DNA from: the human T2T-CHM13v2.0 reference genome, Homo sapiens
DNA: 64,000 bases
Reading direction: 5' to 3' (one strand)
Assembly: GCF_009914755.1 (NCBI RefSeq)
Contig: NC_060936.1
Shown here: one piece after another, positions 13,401 through 29,001 of the stretch
How the letters are laid out: the number at the start of each line of letters is the position of its first letter
How positions within the stretch are numbered: position 1 is the first letter of the stretch
Made by a program: the position numbers and the translations under genes
Notes under the pieces: generated by a model
What the model was told of the DNA's origin: nothing
The model's input: the letters and a program-made list of their open reading frames with translations, nothing else
Databases searched by the model: none

Positions 13401-16400
13401 CTCTTGCACTCAGTTGTGAGTTCCTTGAGGGCATAGGCTGTGTCTTTATCCCTCTATATTCTCAATATCAAACACAGTGTCTGACATACTGGGAGTGCTC
13501 AAGAAATTCTTGCCAAAAATGTGACTGCCAGTCATTGTTATTTGATTCATAGTTTTGGCATTGAATGGCTGGTTTTTTTTCCCTTTCTCTTAAAATATCA
13601 GCTTGCCCTAGGCCTACACTTACTTGTTCCCTATAAAATTGTTATTAAAAGCAACAAAAACAAAATCCAGTTCCCACTTGGAACACTAAATTCCAAACAC
13701 CCAGGAAGCAAATGCACAGACAGAGTAAGCCTCTGATTAGTTATGTTCCTGCCGCTGTATTTGAAACTCTTTCATTGGTGATGGCAACTTTTCAAAAGAA
13801 AATTTAACAGAGAAGCGTTCATCATGTTAAGTTCTCATCCAAGGCAGTTAGCATTGGAATGCATTTGCAGTGTGAATTACAGTTAACATTCTAAAGAGAT
13901 GTGAATTTTTAGGATGCCTGATGTTGGCAATTAAACTTTGGAGGAGTTAACACCATGGCCCCATTTTTAATAAAGTGTGTGCATTTAAAAAAACTTAAAA
14001 AAATTGCCAAAATAATGCGTGCCTATTGTAACCATAAAACAATGTAAACATATAAAAAGAATAAGTTACAAATGTCCGCCTTCTTCATGCCTATCCATTG
14101 GAGATGATGATGACAGCTTGATGTGTATTCTTTTTATGCTTTTCTCTATGCTTATACAAATGTGGAGCTGTAAGCAGAACTTTGTGTTATTGTCTTATGT
14201 TTTACTAAAACTACATTCATTGCTCTGCAACTTGCATATATAATTGTAAAATATATCATGGATAATTCCCCCAGATTAATTACTATAGGTCTAATTGTAT
14301 ACTCCAATGTATTAAATTATGTCCCTATTCATGAAGACTCAGATTTACTAGTTTTCGGTAGCTTTAAATAAAGCTGCAATAAATGTCCTTGGATGTACCC
14401 CTTCAGGTTTATTTATTTCTTTTTTTATAGCATCCCCAGAAATGCACTTTTGAAGGCTTTAGTGAGGAAGACCATTCAGGGGAAAAATCTTTCCAACAAA
14501 AGAGAAAGTGTGGAATAATGCATGAAGTAAGAAACACAGCGATAGGAATTCTGACGTGGATTCAATATCTTGTTCTGGATTTGCTGTATGTTGGGGAAAC
14601 CTTTCTGATTTTATTCCTTTCCTTTAAAAGGATTTTTTTTCTCTGTCATCAAAATAGATTCTCGTTATTTCTGGATAATGAGAAAGTTCACTGGATAAAG
14701 TGCTGCTTATTTATTATATATTCATGCACATGTATTACATGTATAATATAAACGACTTCTGGCTCAATAAGTCCCACTCTCATCTCCCTACTGTTACTTT
14801 GTGGAACTTTCAAAAGGATGCTTCTCTTCTGCTCAGAACATCATTTGGAGAAGCATTATGCCCTCTCATCATCATGAAGTGCCAATAGTCTTGCCAACAG
14901 GCTGACTCCAAATGCTCCATGCTTCCCATCCTCTTGGTCCCCAAGTGGTCCCAAGTTCTGCTGCCTACCACTGGGGACCCCAAATGACTCTGCTTATTTA
15001 CAGCCATGTGAGGTTCTTCTTGAACTGCCCCATCACTTTCTGGTCCTCTTCGCTCTCTAACCATAGGGCTGCATGAGGCTGGGTGGGAAAGAGACAATAA
15101 ACCACCCTTTCCATCATCCACTTCTTCTTTTGGGGGCAGTAATTATTTGGGCAGACTTCTGATTACCTCATCCCAAACTCCTGTTCCAAGACAAGTTTCA
15201 GAACAAAAGTTCACATGCATATGAAAGAAAGCAAATGGATACACTTAGGAGATGTGACAGCCAATCCCAAATGCCCTATTTCATCTGCACCTATGAGGTA
15301 CAGCTATGTTCAATATTCTGAAACACAAGTATTCTGTTAATTACATGTGAGGGCTTTACGCATGAAGGATAACAAAGGAAAGAGAGAAAGAAAAGAAAAA
15401 AAACTCAAAAGAAAATGATTATGGTACTTCCACTGCACTCACACAGTGAAGGGGTTGTTCTCATCTTTGTTGGCATTTCATGTGCAAACACATGCATAGG
15501 AAAATGTAAAGGAAAAATTACTGGCAAAGGGGAATATTTTTAAAAAAGAAAGTAATTTAAAAGATGAATCAGACTGTAGTAATTATTAATTGAAGGGAAA
15601 GGAAATTCATTTTCCAGGCTTGGTCTTAGGCCAAGTGTAAAGCACTTACATAATTAAAATAATTTTTCATGCCCATTTGAGCCCTGGGAAGAAGGGAAAA
15701 TCCATTTCTATGCAGAGAATGACTTTTCAAAAAGTTTAGCACAATTTTCAGTTGAACTCCTAAAACTTAGATATGTGGGGACATGATTATAGGATTCAGG
15801 CTTAAGTTTGAAAAACAAATACATGTCAACATTGCTCTTTGGGGACAGACCTATTTGGGAAGCACTCAACTTGGCAACAGGAGAGTTCACCCTAGAAGCC
15901 CATCCCGTAGGCATCAGACCCTTCAACACTGACCTTGGGTGTCTGGAGGGGCACTCCTAATAATCTGTATAGATGAGCTCTTCTCAGACTTCTCCCAGAA
16001 GCATGTTGTGCTGGCTTTAGAAAGAGGTTAAATGGAATCCAGCGTTCCCCTTTACTCAACTTCCAACAGACATTTGGAATTGTTCATCAAGAAGGTCCTT
16101 GGAGGAACTCTGGGGTCACTGTGCTTCTAGAATTGTAATTTTGTTAAATAATAATGCATGATATAAATTCTTGCTTATGGTGGGCAAGCAACAAGGGCAT
16201 GACTTTATTTATATCAAATCAAATTTTAGAAACAATACATCCCCCCTCCTCTAATATGTTTGGTCTGAAGGAAATTTATGCTTAGACAGGTGGGCCCCAC
16301 ATACCTTCCCCAGGGTTGTACAAGAAACTTGTGTGGTGTTCAGAAAATGGAAAACATACCCCCAGTAGCCTGTCATTGCTACTAATATCTCACCATTACT

Positions 16401-17304
16401 TTTTCACAGTCTCTTGAAGATGGGTGGCTTAGAGTGGGCTAGAGAAAAATATGATGACAATAAAATAGAAATTAGTATCTCAATAAATGATCCAGCCACA
16501 AGAGGATGAAGACATGGTCTTGATGATTCCACTGTGCATTCTGTTTCTGGCAGAGCAAGGCTTTTGACTTCAGGCAGTTTGACTCCAGAGCCTATATGGA
16601 ATGAATTTTTTGATTCATTCATTAAGCCGACCACCTAACCCATCAACCAGTGGTATTTATCACCCACCACATTGCAGGCACTGTGTACAGCCATGAACTC
16701 CTAGCACAGGGGGCCTTTCTTAATGTGGTTCAAAGCCTAGCTGTAGAGGCAGACATAACCAAATGCAGCAGGGGAGGAGAGTTCACACCTTACTACGCAG
16801 ATGTGCTAAAAATTAAGTTTCCTTTATTTCTTATGATAGGTCTCATTCCTGCTGATGGTAAGAAAAACCGTTAAAATTATCAATCAATAAAACTAATTAA
16901 TTCTTTTATTTTTTAAAATAGCTACTTTTGGTCTACCTCAGTCTCTCTTGGGTACTTGTATTTAGTATTTCTCACCCCTTCTCCTTCTCCTTCTTTGGGC
17001 ATGAGGAAGCCTGAGAAGCCTGTGGGTAGGGAGAGTTCTTTGCTTGTGCTGTACCCTGAGAATTGTGCTGGGATTTCTCTGCTAGAACTCCCTGGGGTTT
17101 CTACAGCCCCTGGTCCTCTTCCCTTAGGGAGTTTCAACCCTGAGGGAGAACAGGGCCCTTCATCCTGACCTCTTCGCTTTGCTCACTTTCTTTCCTCTGC
17201 AGGGAAGAGGCGTCTACATCTTATGGATGAGAGTTTCTAAGAGATATTCTTTGCTCTTCCATGATTGTCTTCGATGTGGCTTTCTGCTTCCTTGGGGCAT
17301 TTGA

Positions 17305-17780
17305 TTATGCATTCAACAAACATTTATGAAAACTCTACCAAGTACTAGGGATATATCAGTGATCAAAACAAAGGTTCCTGCCTTTGTGAAGTTTACATCC
17401 TAGTGGGGGGAAAATGAAAGAACCAACACATGTAGTGAAGAAGTAAATTACCTAGTGTGTTAGACCATAAATGTTACCAAAAGAGAGAAAGAAAGGCAGG
17501 GTAAGTGTGAAGGAGACTGTGGGGCTGGAGGGTAGTTGCCATTTTAAACAGAGTAGTCAGGGTGGGCCTCATTCCGAAGGTGAGCTCCGGGAAAGATCTG
17601 TAGGAGGTGGCCAACTGGATCTGGGGGAAGAGCGTTCTGGGCAGAGGGAACAGCAATAGCTAAGGTGGGGTGTGACAGGCACACAGCAGGGAGACTGGGC
17701 ACCTCTGGAGTGGAGTGAGTCAGGGATCAGCAGGACTACAGGAAGAACGTTCATGAAAGTGGAGCGGGAATGTGTAACTG
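17305..17780 (-). mobile_element. L2 3' end
   Basis: cattcaacaaacatttat terminus, plus ttcctgcctttgtgaagtttacatcctag and gggcagagggaacagc motifs. Confidence 0.75.
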
Positions 17781-20529
17781 TGTGAAACATTTATATAGCT
17801 CATTTTTCCATCAAAGTTTTAGCTCCTTTAGCCAAGATGCATGCAATACTTCTTTTTGCTGGCATTGGAGGCACTTGATAACTACTAATTTTTTTTTTAA
17901 ATAAAAGATTTTGAGGGATTACTTGAGTATGGTTCTACCTGGTGACACAGTGATGAGCTATACTCTCCTTTGCTGTTTTAAATTCCTGACGATGATTGCA
18001 CTTAGTCCTGAGTTATGGTGGAACTTTTCTTGTTTACATTCAGATCTATGCTTGTTCTGTTGGCAGAGCCTCAATCAGTCAGGTCGGAGCAGGAAGATAC
18101 TCTTTCGGCATTGTGCCCTGATTCAATAAGTCATGCGGAGCTCACCACAGCACTTAGCTCAGAAGCACAGAATCTCATGGGTCACAGATGTTTTTGCCTA
18201 GAGGAATGGCATTTTTATTTAATATTTAGGTAAAGGGGGCAGCTGTACATGGTCATCCTGGAAATTCATTGCAGGAATTTGTCTGATATGCCCTGCACAG
18301 ATATTTCAATTCGGTGATATATATTTTATATCTTTGAAACCGAAGTTTTTATAGTAAATCTATCAAGGAGGAACTGAACAGGTGCCATTCTTGCCCAGTC
18401 AATTAATATGATCTCTGGCCCTGAATCCTGTCTCTTGTAAATTTATTCAAGTAGAGATTACTTACTTTCTGAAGGGGACCTGGATAAGAAACCAGGAGCT
18501 GAGCATCTGATAAGTTACTTTTCTGTGTTTGAACAACTAAAGAAATGTGAGGAGCATGTTGGAAAAAGAGAGATGGCTTTTAAGTTTCTGTTAAGAATTA
18601 GCTGCCTGTCTTTGTACTGTACAAAAGTACAATCTGTAAAATATCACATTCCTAGAAGGTAGATTAATGAAATTCTGAAACCATCTAAATATGATACACC
18701 TCTTGGGCTATCTCACATGTGTTAAAATTGTTGCAGATATTTTCCCATCACCACAATTACATATTTTTTATGTGTGGATAGAAAAAGGAAAAGAATTCAT
18801 GAAATTAAAGTAAGTCTTTCTCGACATGTGGCAAATCCATCGGATATATGATAAATCTTTTTCAGAGCTGAACTCAATAGGGCAAGAGTATTTATTCTCT
18901 TCCAACTCAGCCTGGGCTCTAGTAACTCATTAGTCGAGCGTATAACTGAACTTTGCATCCGAACAAAGTTCCGGAGGCCCCCAGTGTGCAGTTTGTTTCT
19001 TGCTGAGCACATTTTAAGGTTGTATTTTGAGTTGTTTGCCTTTCCCCTCCTTGAACGCCATGAAGCAGTTTACTAGAGCAGAATTGCTTTTATGTGTCCT
19101 TTCTCCTTTCATGTCCATTTTTGGCTGGCTCTTCAATAGTGTGGCCATTGGCATGAGCTGTAATGCTCCGGTAACTGGGCAAGCAATTAGGAGAGCCAGA
19201 CAAACCTTCCTTCTTGCAGCTGGGCTTTCCTGGCTTCTCTAAACACAGTCGGCCAAACAATGAAGATCCTGGGAAGAAATCAAACAGTAAAGCACTTCTT
19301 TCTTTAAAAGAAACACACTCAAAACTTTGCTAATAGTTGTCATGTTGTAGCTGAGGACAGGATGCTTCAGGAACCAATGCCATATGGATAGTGTTGGAGG
19401 GGGTGGCTGGAGCCATCCTAACCTGGTGTTTCCTGTGATTATCCTTTTGTGTCTCCCTACCTCTGTGGCAGTACATCACTTTAGAAGCAAACACTCAGAT
19501 TCCAGATCAATGCATGGCTAATAGGTGAAGCTTCTGGAAATCCCCACTGACATTCTGAGAGGCCAGCTTGAAGGGTGAGAATGGAGTGAGACACCTCTTC
19601 CAACATCTTGGAAACAAATGACAGATTAGTTCTGGAACTGTCATTAGGACCTTAGATGAAATTTCTTCCATCGTAGAAACTAAACAAACTAGAAGAAAGA
19701 GAAAATAAAAAACAACAAACAAACAAAAAACACAACCAAATGTGGTTTATAGACACAAAAGGAACAATTAAGTTAGTAAGAATAGGCAAGAACTCAAAGG
19801 TAAATAGAAGCACGAATTTTATAGGCATGGGATCAGATAAAATACATTTTTAAGCCTTTCAAATCTCTGAATCCTACTGCTCTTGAAATGCAGCTGAAGA
19901 AATGGAAAAAACATGGCTAGAAGCTTTAATGAAGCCAGGGGAGTAGAAATTCTTGGTTCTAGTCAGCCAAACTCATCCCAGGAACAGGGAATGAGGAGTC
20001 AAAGGAGTCATTCTTCCACATCATCCTTGTTAAGGACACAAGAGCTGTAGCCTCACCCTTCCTCTTTGTAGACACCATATGGGATCAATCTTGGTGATGA
20101 TGATAAGTCCTTGGTGAATGTGATAGTTCCCTTTAAGATCCTTCAGATTTGACATGGAACTGGGACTGGGTGGAGGGGTGGAGTCAGAGGAGGGAGAGAA
20201 AGGGATTATAGGGGAAGAAAGAGGATAATGAATATCAAACAAACCACAAGAAGACAAAAAGATGGGACTCCTCTGAGAAGTTTCAACACTTCCCAAATGA
20301 GTGAGTTAGGAAAACCTCACTAAATGTACCACCCTTAATTTAAGGTAGTAAAGAAGAGGTTCTTTTGTATTGTGTTTTCTGAAGGCTGGATTAAGTTATG
20401 ATGCATGCTTTTGCAAACAAAACAGTAATTCTTAATTTCTCAACTTGCTGGAGCTTGCCACTTGAGTAGGACACCTAGGATGCAGCTGCTGTGTGTTTTT
20501 CCAATTTACAAGGACAATCATGAGGGAAA

Positions 20530-20680
20530 GAGCACTGTGTTGGGAGCCTAAAGATGTGGCTCCCTGCCACCAACCACTTATGCAAACTTTGGCAATCAGG
20601 TAGGATCTCTGGACCTGCTTTCTCATCTGTAAAATGATGCTGGGTTGATGACCCATTAGAATGCTCTGAGTTCTAGAAAT
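20530..20680 (+). mobile_element. MIR fragment
   Basis: ctctggacctgctttctcatctgtaaaatg core. Confidence 0.65.
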
Positions 20681-22214
20681 ACCGTCAAATTTGATAATCT
20701 ATAGTTTTGAGTTTATCTCATGTTTTCCCAGTTGACATAACTCTTAGTCATCCCTTCTGGAAACTTCCTCAAAATTCACTTTAAAAGGAAAACTTTATGT
20801 AAAATGTTTTCTGTAGACGAATATGTGTCTTTAGTTTTTATTTGCTAAAGGCATGTGTCATGCATGCCATCTGTAGGAAACCTCTTCTTTTCCCTGCCTC
20901 TTTCTGAGGGTAAAGCTTCCTTTCTTACTGTTCTCCACATGATTGCCAAGGATGAGACCAAAGTGGAACCTTTAACAACGGTAATAGAGTGAGAGGAAAA
21001 AGAAAGAAGGGAAGGGAGAAGACAAGTCCAGGGAGGACCAGGCCAAAATGAGGAGGATGTGAGGAAGAAACTATTATACAACCACCCTAAGGAATGAACT
21101 TTGCCCCTGGGCAGCCCTCAGGATGAGAGGGGTTCAACAGCCCTCCGATGGCTCAAAATTTCTAAAAAGAACAAAGAATGCTTTAGCTGGCCTAGCTTAG
21201 AATGCACACCTACTTTTCTTGAGTTCTGTGGGACTTTAGGTTACACAAATAAAAGGGTACTGTAGCCTGACAGTCTCTAAGGCAGAAGTGGGATCTGCCA
21301 ACTTAAATGAGCAGCCCCAGTGGAGCAACAGCACCTTGGGAACATGGGGAGGCATCTCTGAAGGCCTCCTGTTAAAGAAGCAGGGGCCGGGCTCCTGTAG
21401 GGACACCTGAGAAACATGCAACCCCATGAGTTGCCATTGGATCCATGGGTAAAGCCCACTGCGCCACTCCACTCACTTTTTTTCAACGCAAACAGTCCTC
21501 ATCTTCAGGGCTGCCCTCGGCTCCTGTGTGAGATGGACACATGGTGTCCCACCATGTTGCATGCATCTGGCCTGGGAAAAGGGGTGAGGTTGTATTAAGT
21601 AGGGATTCCCCTCGAACAACTGTACTTAGCAGCCCTGCTCGAACTCACACTAGAATTATCATCCAGGTCTATGACAGGCAAAGCACAAACTCCCACCCAC
21701 TGATCAGCAACTCAGCCTTCCAGAGAAGCAGAATCAGGTTACTGTACAGGGGAATCATGTTGACCCTGTGGGATCCTGGCCCCCAAGAGGAGAAACTTTG
21801 TCCTAGAAGAACCAGTACTTAGTTCTTCTACTTTACATCTCCTTTTAAAGCGAACTGCTTTCAGCAAAACTAAGCTTTGTTAAAAGTCAGAAGGGTGGCT
21901 AAATTCGGCTGGAGTCTGGGAGGGTGGCAGTGATTGGAAAGAGTGAAGAGGCTCCTGGGTGCTGGCAGCATTCTCTTTCTTGATTTGAGGGCTGGTTACA
22001 CAGGTGTGTTCTGCTTATGAAAATTCACTGTGCAATACGATCATTGTGCGTGTTTGTGTATATATGTTATACCTCAATTTAAAGAAATGTTTTCTTTACA
22101 AACTGCCCTGGGCTCTGCTCCCCTTCAGGACAGGGGATGTGTTTTATTCACTGCTCTATTCCTTGCTTTGAGCACAACGTCTGGCTCATAATAAGTGTCT
22201 TAGCTCAAGTGGTG

Positions 22215-22775
<561 letters not shown>

Positions 22776-23259
22776 AATAATACTTAATAAATACTGGTTG
22801 AGTGAAAAAAAGAGAAGGAACTGCTTTCCCCTGGTGTCCTGGCACCAACCATCTGTCATTGTCCTTCAGAAGCATCGGCTTCTGAACAATGAGCCACTAA
22901 ACAGACGCAGTTTACAGATGTCAGCAGCTGGCAACAACTCAACGCCACCCTGGAAAGGAAGCTCAATGAATAGGTGCCTGGCCTTTTGTGTGTTTTCAGT
23001 TCTCTTAAGCATAGGATGAATATTCAAGCCTGGAAAAACCATGCTAATAACAAATGTAAATCATCTGGGCCTAACATCCATGGTGCTGAGAAACTTCAAG
23101 CCGAAACTTCAAGTGGAAAGGTCCAGCTGCTCTTGGAAGGACCAAAGGACCTGCCCCCAGGAGGTTCTTTCTTAACCCACAGTGGATTGAGCTTCCAGAC
23201 ACCCTGACAATTCCAGGAGATCCCTGCTGTCAGGTATTCCGTTGTTACCATAGGATATA

Positions 23260-24365
23260 TTTGTTCTGGTTTTAAAAGTGTACTTAAAATATTTTTCAAT
23301 CACAAACTTACAGAAAAGTTGCAACTATGGCATAAAAATCTTTTTGTTTTTTTCCTGAATCTTTTTCCTTACATTTGAGAATAAGTTGTTGACCTCATGG
23401 CCATGAATCATTGAATACGTTAGCATGTATTGCCTGAAATAAGGACATTCTGCTACACAGCCACAGTACAACCATCAGATTCAGGAAGTTAACAGGGATA
23501 TGTCACTACCATCAAAACTTCAGGCCTCATTACAGTTTTTCCAACTGTCCCAATAATGTCTTTTATTGCAAAATGGTCCTACTCAGGATCATGCCTTGCA
23601 TTAAATTATCATGCCTCTTCGGCTTCATTCAGTCTTTCCTTGACTTTCATGACCTTCATACTTTAGAAGATTGTAGGCGAGTTATTTAGCAGAATGGTCT
23701 CAGTCTGGGTTTCTCTGTTGTCTTCTCATGATCAGATTTTGGTTATTCATTTCGGATAGGGAGTCAGAGGAGTGAGGCATGTTCCTCTCCTTCCATGCTC
23801 TCAGATGGCACAGGAATTTGATTTGTCCTGTGACTGGTAATGTTCATTCGTATCACTTAAGAAAGGGGTGTGCCTGGTTTCTCTGCTCTATCATTACTTG
23901 TAATGGTAAGTATTTTGGGGAGAGGCACTTTGAGACTATGAAAATATCCCATTCATCATCAAATTATTAACTTATTAATTTAATCTGTATAGACTCATGG
24001 TTCCCTTGCTATTTATTTAGTGGGTTATAATGTACTACCATCATTCTTTTTAAAAATGTTTAATTGTCCCCAGTTTGGTTGTTGTATCCTTTTCAGTTGG
24101 CTTCTGTGTCCTTTTGACACATCCTCATCATTCTTCGAGTACTTCTTTGTTTTTCTGACATAAGATATTTCAGGCTCATCTTATTTTTTTCCCATGCCAA
24201 CCCAGGAATCAGCCATTTCTCCAAGGAGCCACACACACACACACGCACGCACACACACACGCACGCACACACACACACACTCCATCTTTATTTTTGTATC
24301 TTGCTTTGCATATGGAAACATCAAGTTCACATCCATACCTCTGCTTCTAGTCTAACACCAATGCC
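23260..24365 (-). mobile_element. Old L1 (L1MC/ME-like) 3' region
   Basis: aaacttacagaaaagttgcaa, aaggacattctgctacacagccacagtacaaccatc, ccaggaatcagccatttctccaaggagcc. Confidence 0.7.
24230..24279 (+). repeat. (CA)n/(CACG)n compound microsatellite
   Basis: Read directly from the sequence. Confidence 0.95.
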
Positions 24366-27300
24366 ATGTGCCCTTCACGTGGGCTCCAGCACTGTGTGCT
24401 GGTCTGCCCCCACCTGTGGAGGCCTGCTTGGGCTCTGACATCCTACTCAAGCACACCTTCATCCGGACAACCTCCTCACACTGCTTGGGCTCTAACGCCC
24501 CTCAGTGCTGCCCCAATGTGTGGATCTCTTCTCATCACACTTGGGCTGGAGCTCCCTCCTCCTCCCACTGCCAGCGTGGGAGCCCACCTGGGTCTGCACC
24601 ACCTAATGGCTTTAGGACTAAATTCTCCAGAAATGGAAGGGAAGAATTGAGAAGGGAAAGGAGAATATGCAGAAGGATAACCTTTTCCTTAATTTTGACC
24701 CCAGAATACTTTGTTCAGTATAATTATTTCAAGAGCGTATTATGTTCTTTTGAGATGATTCATCCATGTCTTTTGGTTTATAACTGAGAAAGATATCCTT
24801 TTAGACCAATAAGAAGAAATGCCTGATACTTCTTTATTGTAGTTTCCAGAAAAGTGTTTACCATGTAAGTCATATTACTATTTCAAGAAACCCTGGCCAA
24901 CCCTTCTTGGTTGAGGACAATTGAAGGGGTGGGTAACAATTCTAGGGATAGTAGCAGAAGACTCTTCTTTGATTTGTAGCTTTCAATCAAGACAGCCACT
25001 GAGAATCTGAACTGCCACCCTTTTGCTACCAAATGAATCCAGATCACGCCCAAGAACCTGTGCACACTGCTGCTCTGGTGGGTGGTGCAGTGAGGAAGGG
25101 GATGGAATTCTATGTCCATTATCCCCAGAGCTGGATGGAAAGATACTTTGGTGGCAGTGTCTCCCCAACACACCCATATTATCACTCCCTGTGTTTCCCA
25201 ATGTTCTTGACCCTTTTCTAACTCAGAAAGGCTCTGTTTGCCTGAAGGCATTTCCCAAAGAGTATGGGGCTAGCTTTTGGGCCCCTCTTCCTATTTGAGA
25301 TGCTTAATCCAGGGCCATAATACAAAACATTGGTTTCATGCCATTATCAACATTTCTTCCAGAGGGCGTTCATGCCTACAGTTCTCCTGGAGGCTTGTCC
25401 TGATAAGCCAGAGGACCCGACTGTTTTCTGTAATCCCCTCTATATTTAAAATAATTGGTGATATAAATCCTGGTTTTAAGAGACTCAGAAATTAGGTAAT
25501 AAGAAATCTAGTAATGAATAAATACAGTCATTTGAAAACACAGGGAGAGTAAGTTAATGGTTAACCTCTCCCATGCTTATTGGTTTCTTTCCCTATAAGC
25601 CTAGACTTAATAATGGGATTCCAAACCATTTTTCTGGACTTCGCCCGCCCCACCCCATGCCCAACCCCAACAAGATTACATTGAGTCCATCACCCTGGAC
25701 TTTTGTTATACAGAGCTTACTTGGTTTTAGTTATTTAGTTATCCAATTGCTTTTTAAAATGTCTGTATTTTCTACTATACTTTATGTTCCATGTGGGCAT
25801 ACACTTTATAGGCTTATTCATCAATTGTGACTTTAGTGCTTAGCATAGTGTCTTGTGCATAGTCAGAGCTTTAAAAACATTTGTTGAATGAATGAATAAA
25901 TTAATGTTTTCTGAGCACCTATTATGATGTTATCAACTTCACATTATTTAATCCTAATAGCAGCTGATTTTAGAGATTGGGAGATAGGCTCTGAAAAATT
26001 AAAAACTTTGTGCAAAGGTGCCTATGTTTTAAAGGGGAGAACCTGAATCCAAACTCATTTAGAGAAAGAATAACCTGTAGTGGCTAAGAGTACAGGTTGT
26101 GAAGTCAGACTGCCTAGATTAGGCAATTTTATAGGCTGTCATGAGGAATGAACGAGTTAATGCAGGAAAAGCACTTGGAACAGAGCCTGGCACAGAGCCA
26201 GAACTTGGTAGACATTAGGGATTAATATAATTTATGTCTCTCAACCTGTGTCTTTTCCACTCTATCATGTTGCTTCCTCTCATTAATCAACAAACTTTCT
26301 CATGTTCTTAACTGTCCTCCCATTAGCTAAAATACTAATCAAAATTAATATACTACTTGTGAACTGTGATTTTAGAAATATCAAAATCTAGAGGCAGAGC
26401 CAGAAGGAAGGAGCCTGGGTCCCTGAATCACTATGTGGAGGAAAGCTGCCCATTCACCAGGAGTATCTGCTTTAGATCACAATATAAGTAAGAAATTAAA
26501 TTATATTGGATTACATCTCTAAATTTGTGGGTGTGTTAGTTACAGCAGCTAGCGATACCCAGACTAATCTTTTTGCAGCAAACATCTGGGTGGGTAAACT
26601 AGACGACAGTTACTTTGTGGAATTTACAACCACTGCCTGTTTTCCTTTCCCCTTCCCTATCTCTCTCTCTGTCTTTGTCTCAGTTCCTTTCTTCTGGAAA
26701 TCACATTCAAACAACATTTAAATATTGGGGGGAACAGAGAAAGAAAGCAGGAAGTCCTACTTAAGCTTCCAAGTCCAAACAAGCCCTTTGCTGGGGTATT
26801 AGGGATTTGCATATATGTCAGTAAAGTGGGATTTTGGTTCCAATTTATCTATTATTTCTTATGAGTATGGTTTTTCCAGAAATTTTGTGATGAGGATGTG
26901 GTGGTCAGGGAAGGATGTTACATTCCTGCATCTCTATTAGTGATATGATCATAAGAGCACCAACACTCACTTCTCGCCTTTGCCAGAAGAGACTCTACTG
27001 TCTTTTTATCAAAATAGTGAATTTCATATAAAAATTTGTTGCTTTCTGTTTCAGTTAACTGCACCTATAAGAATCCTGGCTGTTTGAAAAAATCGTGAGA
27101 CGATCCTACTTACAGGGTAAAAACCCTGATTAAAACCTTTGGAGTATAATACTTATTACCTCCAAGCAGTGAAACACAAAAATTTTATTATTACCTTGCA
27201 TTGCATTTATCATTAGAGGAAAAAACTGTTTTCATAAAAACAAAACAAAAACAATAATAAAAGCCAGCTTATTTTTGGAATGTTTTTGTTAGGCACTATA

Positions 27301-28734
27301 AAAACCACCCTCAGTGCCTTTTTCTCCACCTGTCTAATTTGTTTAGGAATTAACTTGAAGCATTTCCTGTAGAGAAGGCAGGCTTGACCACCCCTGCCCA
27401 CCCTGGCTGAGGCCAGAATCAGATGCTTTTTCATTGTGTTTCCACAATACGTTCTGCACACATGTATCCCACGGAATACTAGCGAGTTACCTGCTTTCCC
27501 TCCTATTCACTTGTTAATGCCAGGTCTTACTCATCTTTAAACTTGGAACATGGTAGAAACTCAATAAATACCTGTTAACATGATTAAGTAAATGATCAAC
27601 AATTTACATCTGCAACAACCTTTGCTAGGTAGGATACTTTGAATTTGAAGGTACTGTTGTACAAGGACATCCCTCAGCTCCTTGGGAAGTAGTGTACACA
27701 GAACCTTCCCTTTAGAGAGGGAAAGCAAGATTCTGGGAGCTTTTCAAATGTTTTGTTGAAATCCACTTTTGTTTCCCTTACAAACTCTTTTTTTGTTTGT
27801 TTTGTTTTGTTTATCACTCCCTATGCCTCAATGGACCACATTACATTTTTCTGGTGGTTCAACATGTTCTTAGCTACAGAAGGCTGAAATACTGCTACAA
27901 ATTGAGCCTTGTAGGAACTTAAAAGGAGATGTGTCTCATAGGAAACCTGTCCTCCTGCATGTTTTAAGTGAGCCTCAGGCATTTGAAGACACAGACCTAG
28001 ACACTAAAATGAAGGAGACTAGACACTAACAAGAAGGAGCTCCCGAGATGGGGATGGGGTGCCTCAGATTTGAATGAGTAGTCAATTGAGTCCAACGAGG
28101 GTGCCAATGAGCTCTTTTACGTGGTTCTGGCAAATGTACCCTGCAACCATAATTTTCTCTCAAGGTATCATTAAAATCAAATGATTCCCTTATTTTGGGT
28201 ATCCATTTACACTGTAATTATTTTGGTCTTTTGTAGTGACTTTCGTGGTTAAATTAAGCAATTCTACTCCCGCCTGTGTAGATAATGTAATGACTTTTTA
28301 ATCATTTGTTTTCTACTAGCCAAATTGTTTCCATGATCCCATTAGAAATTCTTCTGTAGTGATTCCAGTGGATTTATTGAACTACTGGTGACAGCCACAC
28401 TGATGAACTGCAGGCTGCCTGCTGCTAGATTCAGCCAATAAATATCAAATACCTTCCATTTTCCCCTGGAACTAAGAAAGAAGATAATAATTCTGATCAA
28501 TGGACATAGTTCCTGAGTTTTGCCATAGAAGTCATAAAGAATACCATGTGGGTATGGTAGTTTAAAAACTGCAGTTATTATTTTCTTCTGATTATAAAGG
28601 TAATATATTATTATAGAAAATTCAGAAATATACAAAATACAAAAAAACTATGAAAATTACCTATAATTTCCCAACTTAAAACCATTTCATATTTGATGGT
28701 ATTTCCTTATAGTTTTATCTAGTTATCTTTCTAT

Positions 28735-28837
28735 TGTCTCTATCTATCTGTCTGTCGGTCTGTCTATCTATCTACGTACCTACCTACGTTCATGTCTGTC
28801 TGTCTGTCTATCATCTCTACTTACCTACCTATCTATT
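28735..28837 (+). repeat. (TCTA/TCTG/TACC)n compound tetranucleotide repeat
   Basis: Read directly from the sequence. Confidence 0.85.
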
Positions 28838-29001
28838 CAAAATTAGGGCTATAACTTATATGTGATTTTTTCCCTTTAATATGTATGATGAGTATTTTTC
28901 CATGTCACTGAATATTCTTTGAGGTTATGACGCTTAATGGTTGTATAGCAGTCCGTTATCTTCATTTGTTCTCTAAATATTTTCCAAACTCCTACTATGA
29001 A

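Noticed and set aside
27997-28039. 22-bp tandem duplication (ctagacactaa...gaaggag x2)
   Set aside because: Two imperfect copies from simple slippage; it is not an array and has no spacers, so it is not CRISPR-like.
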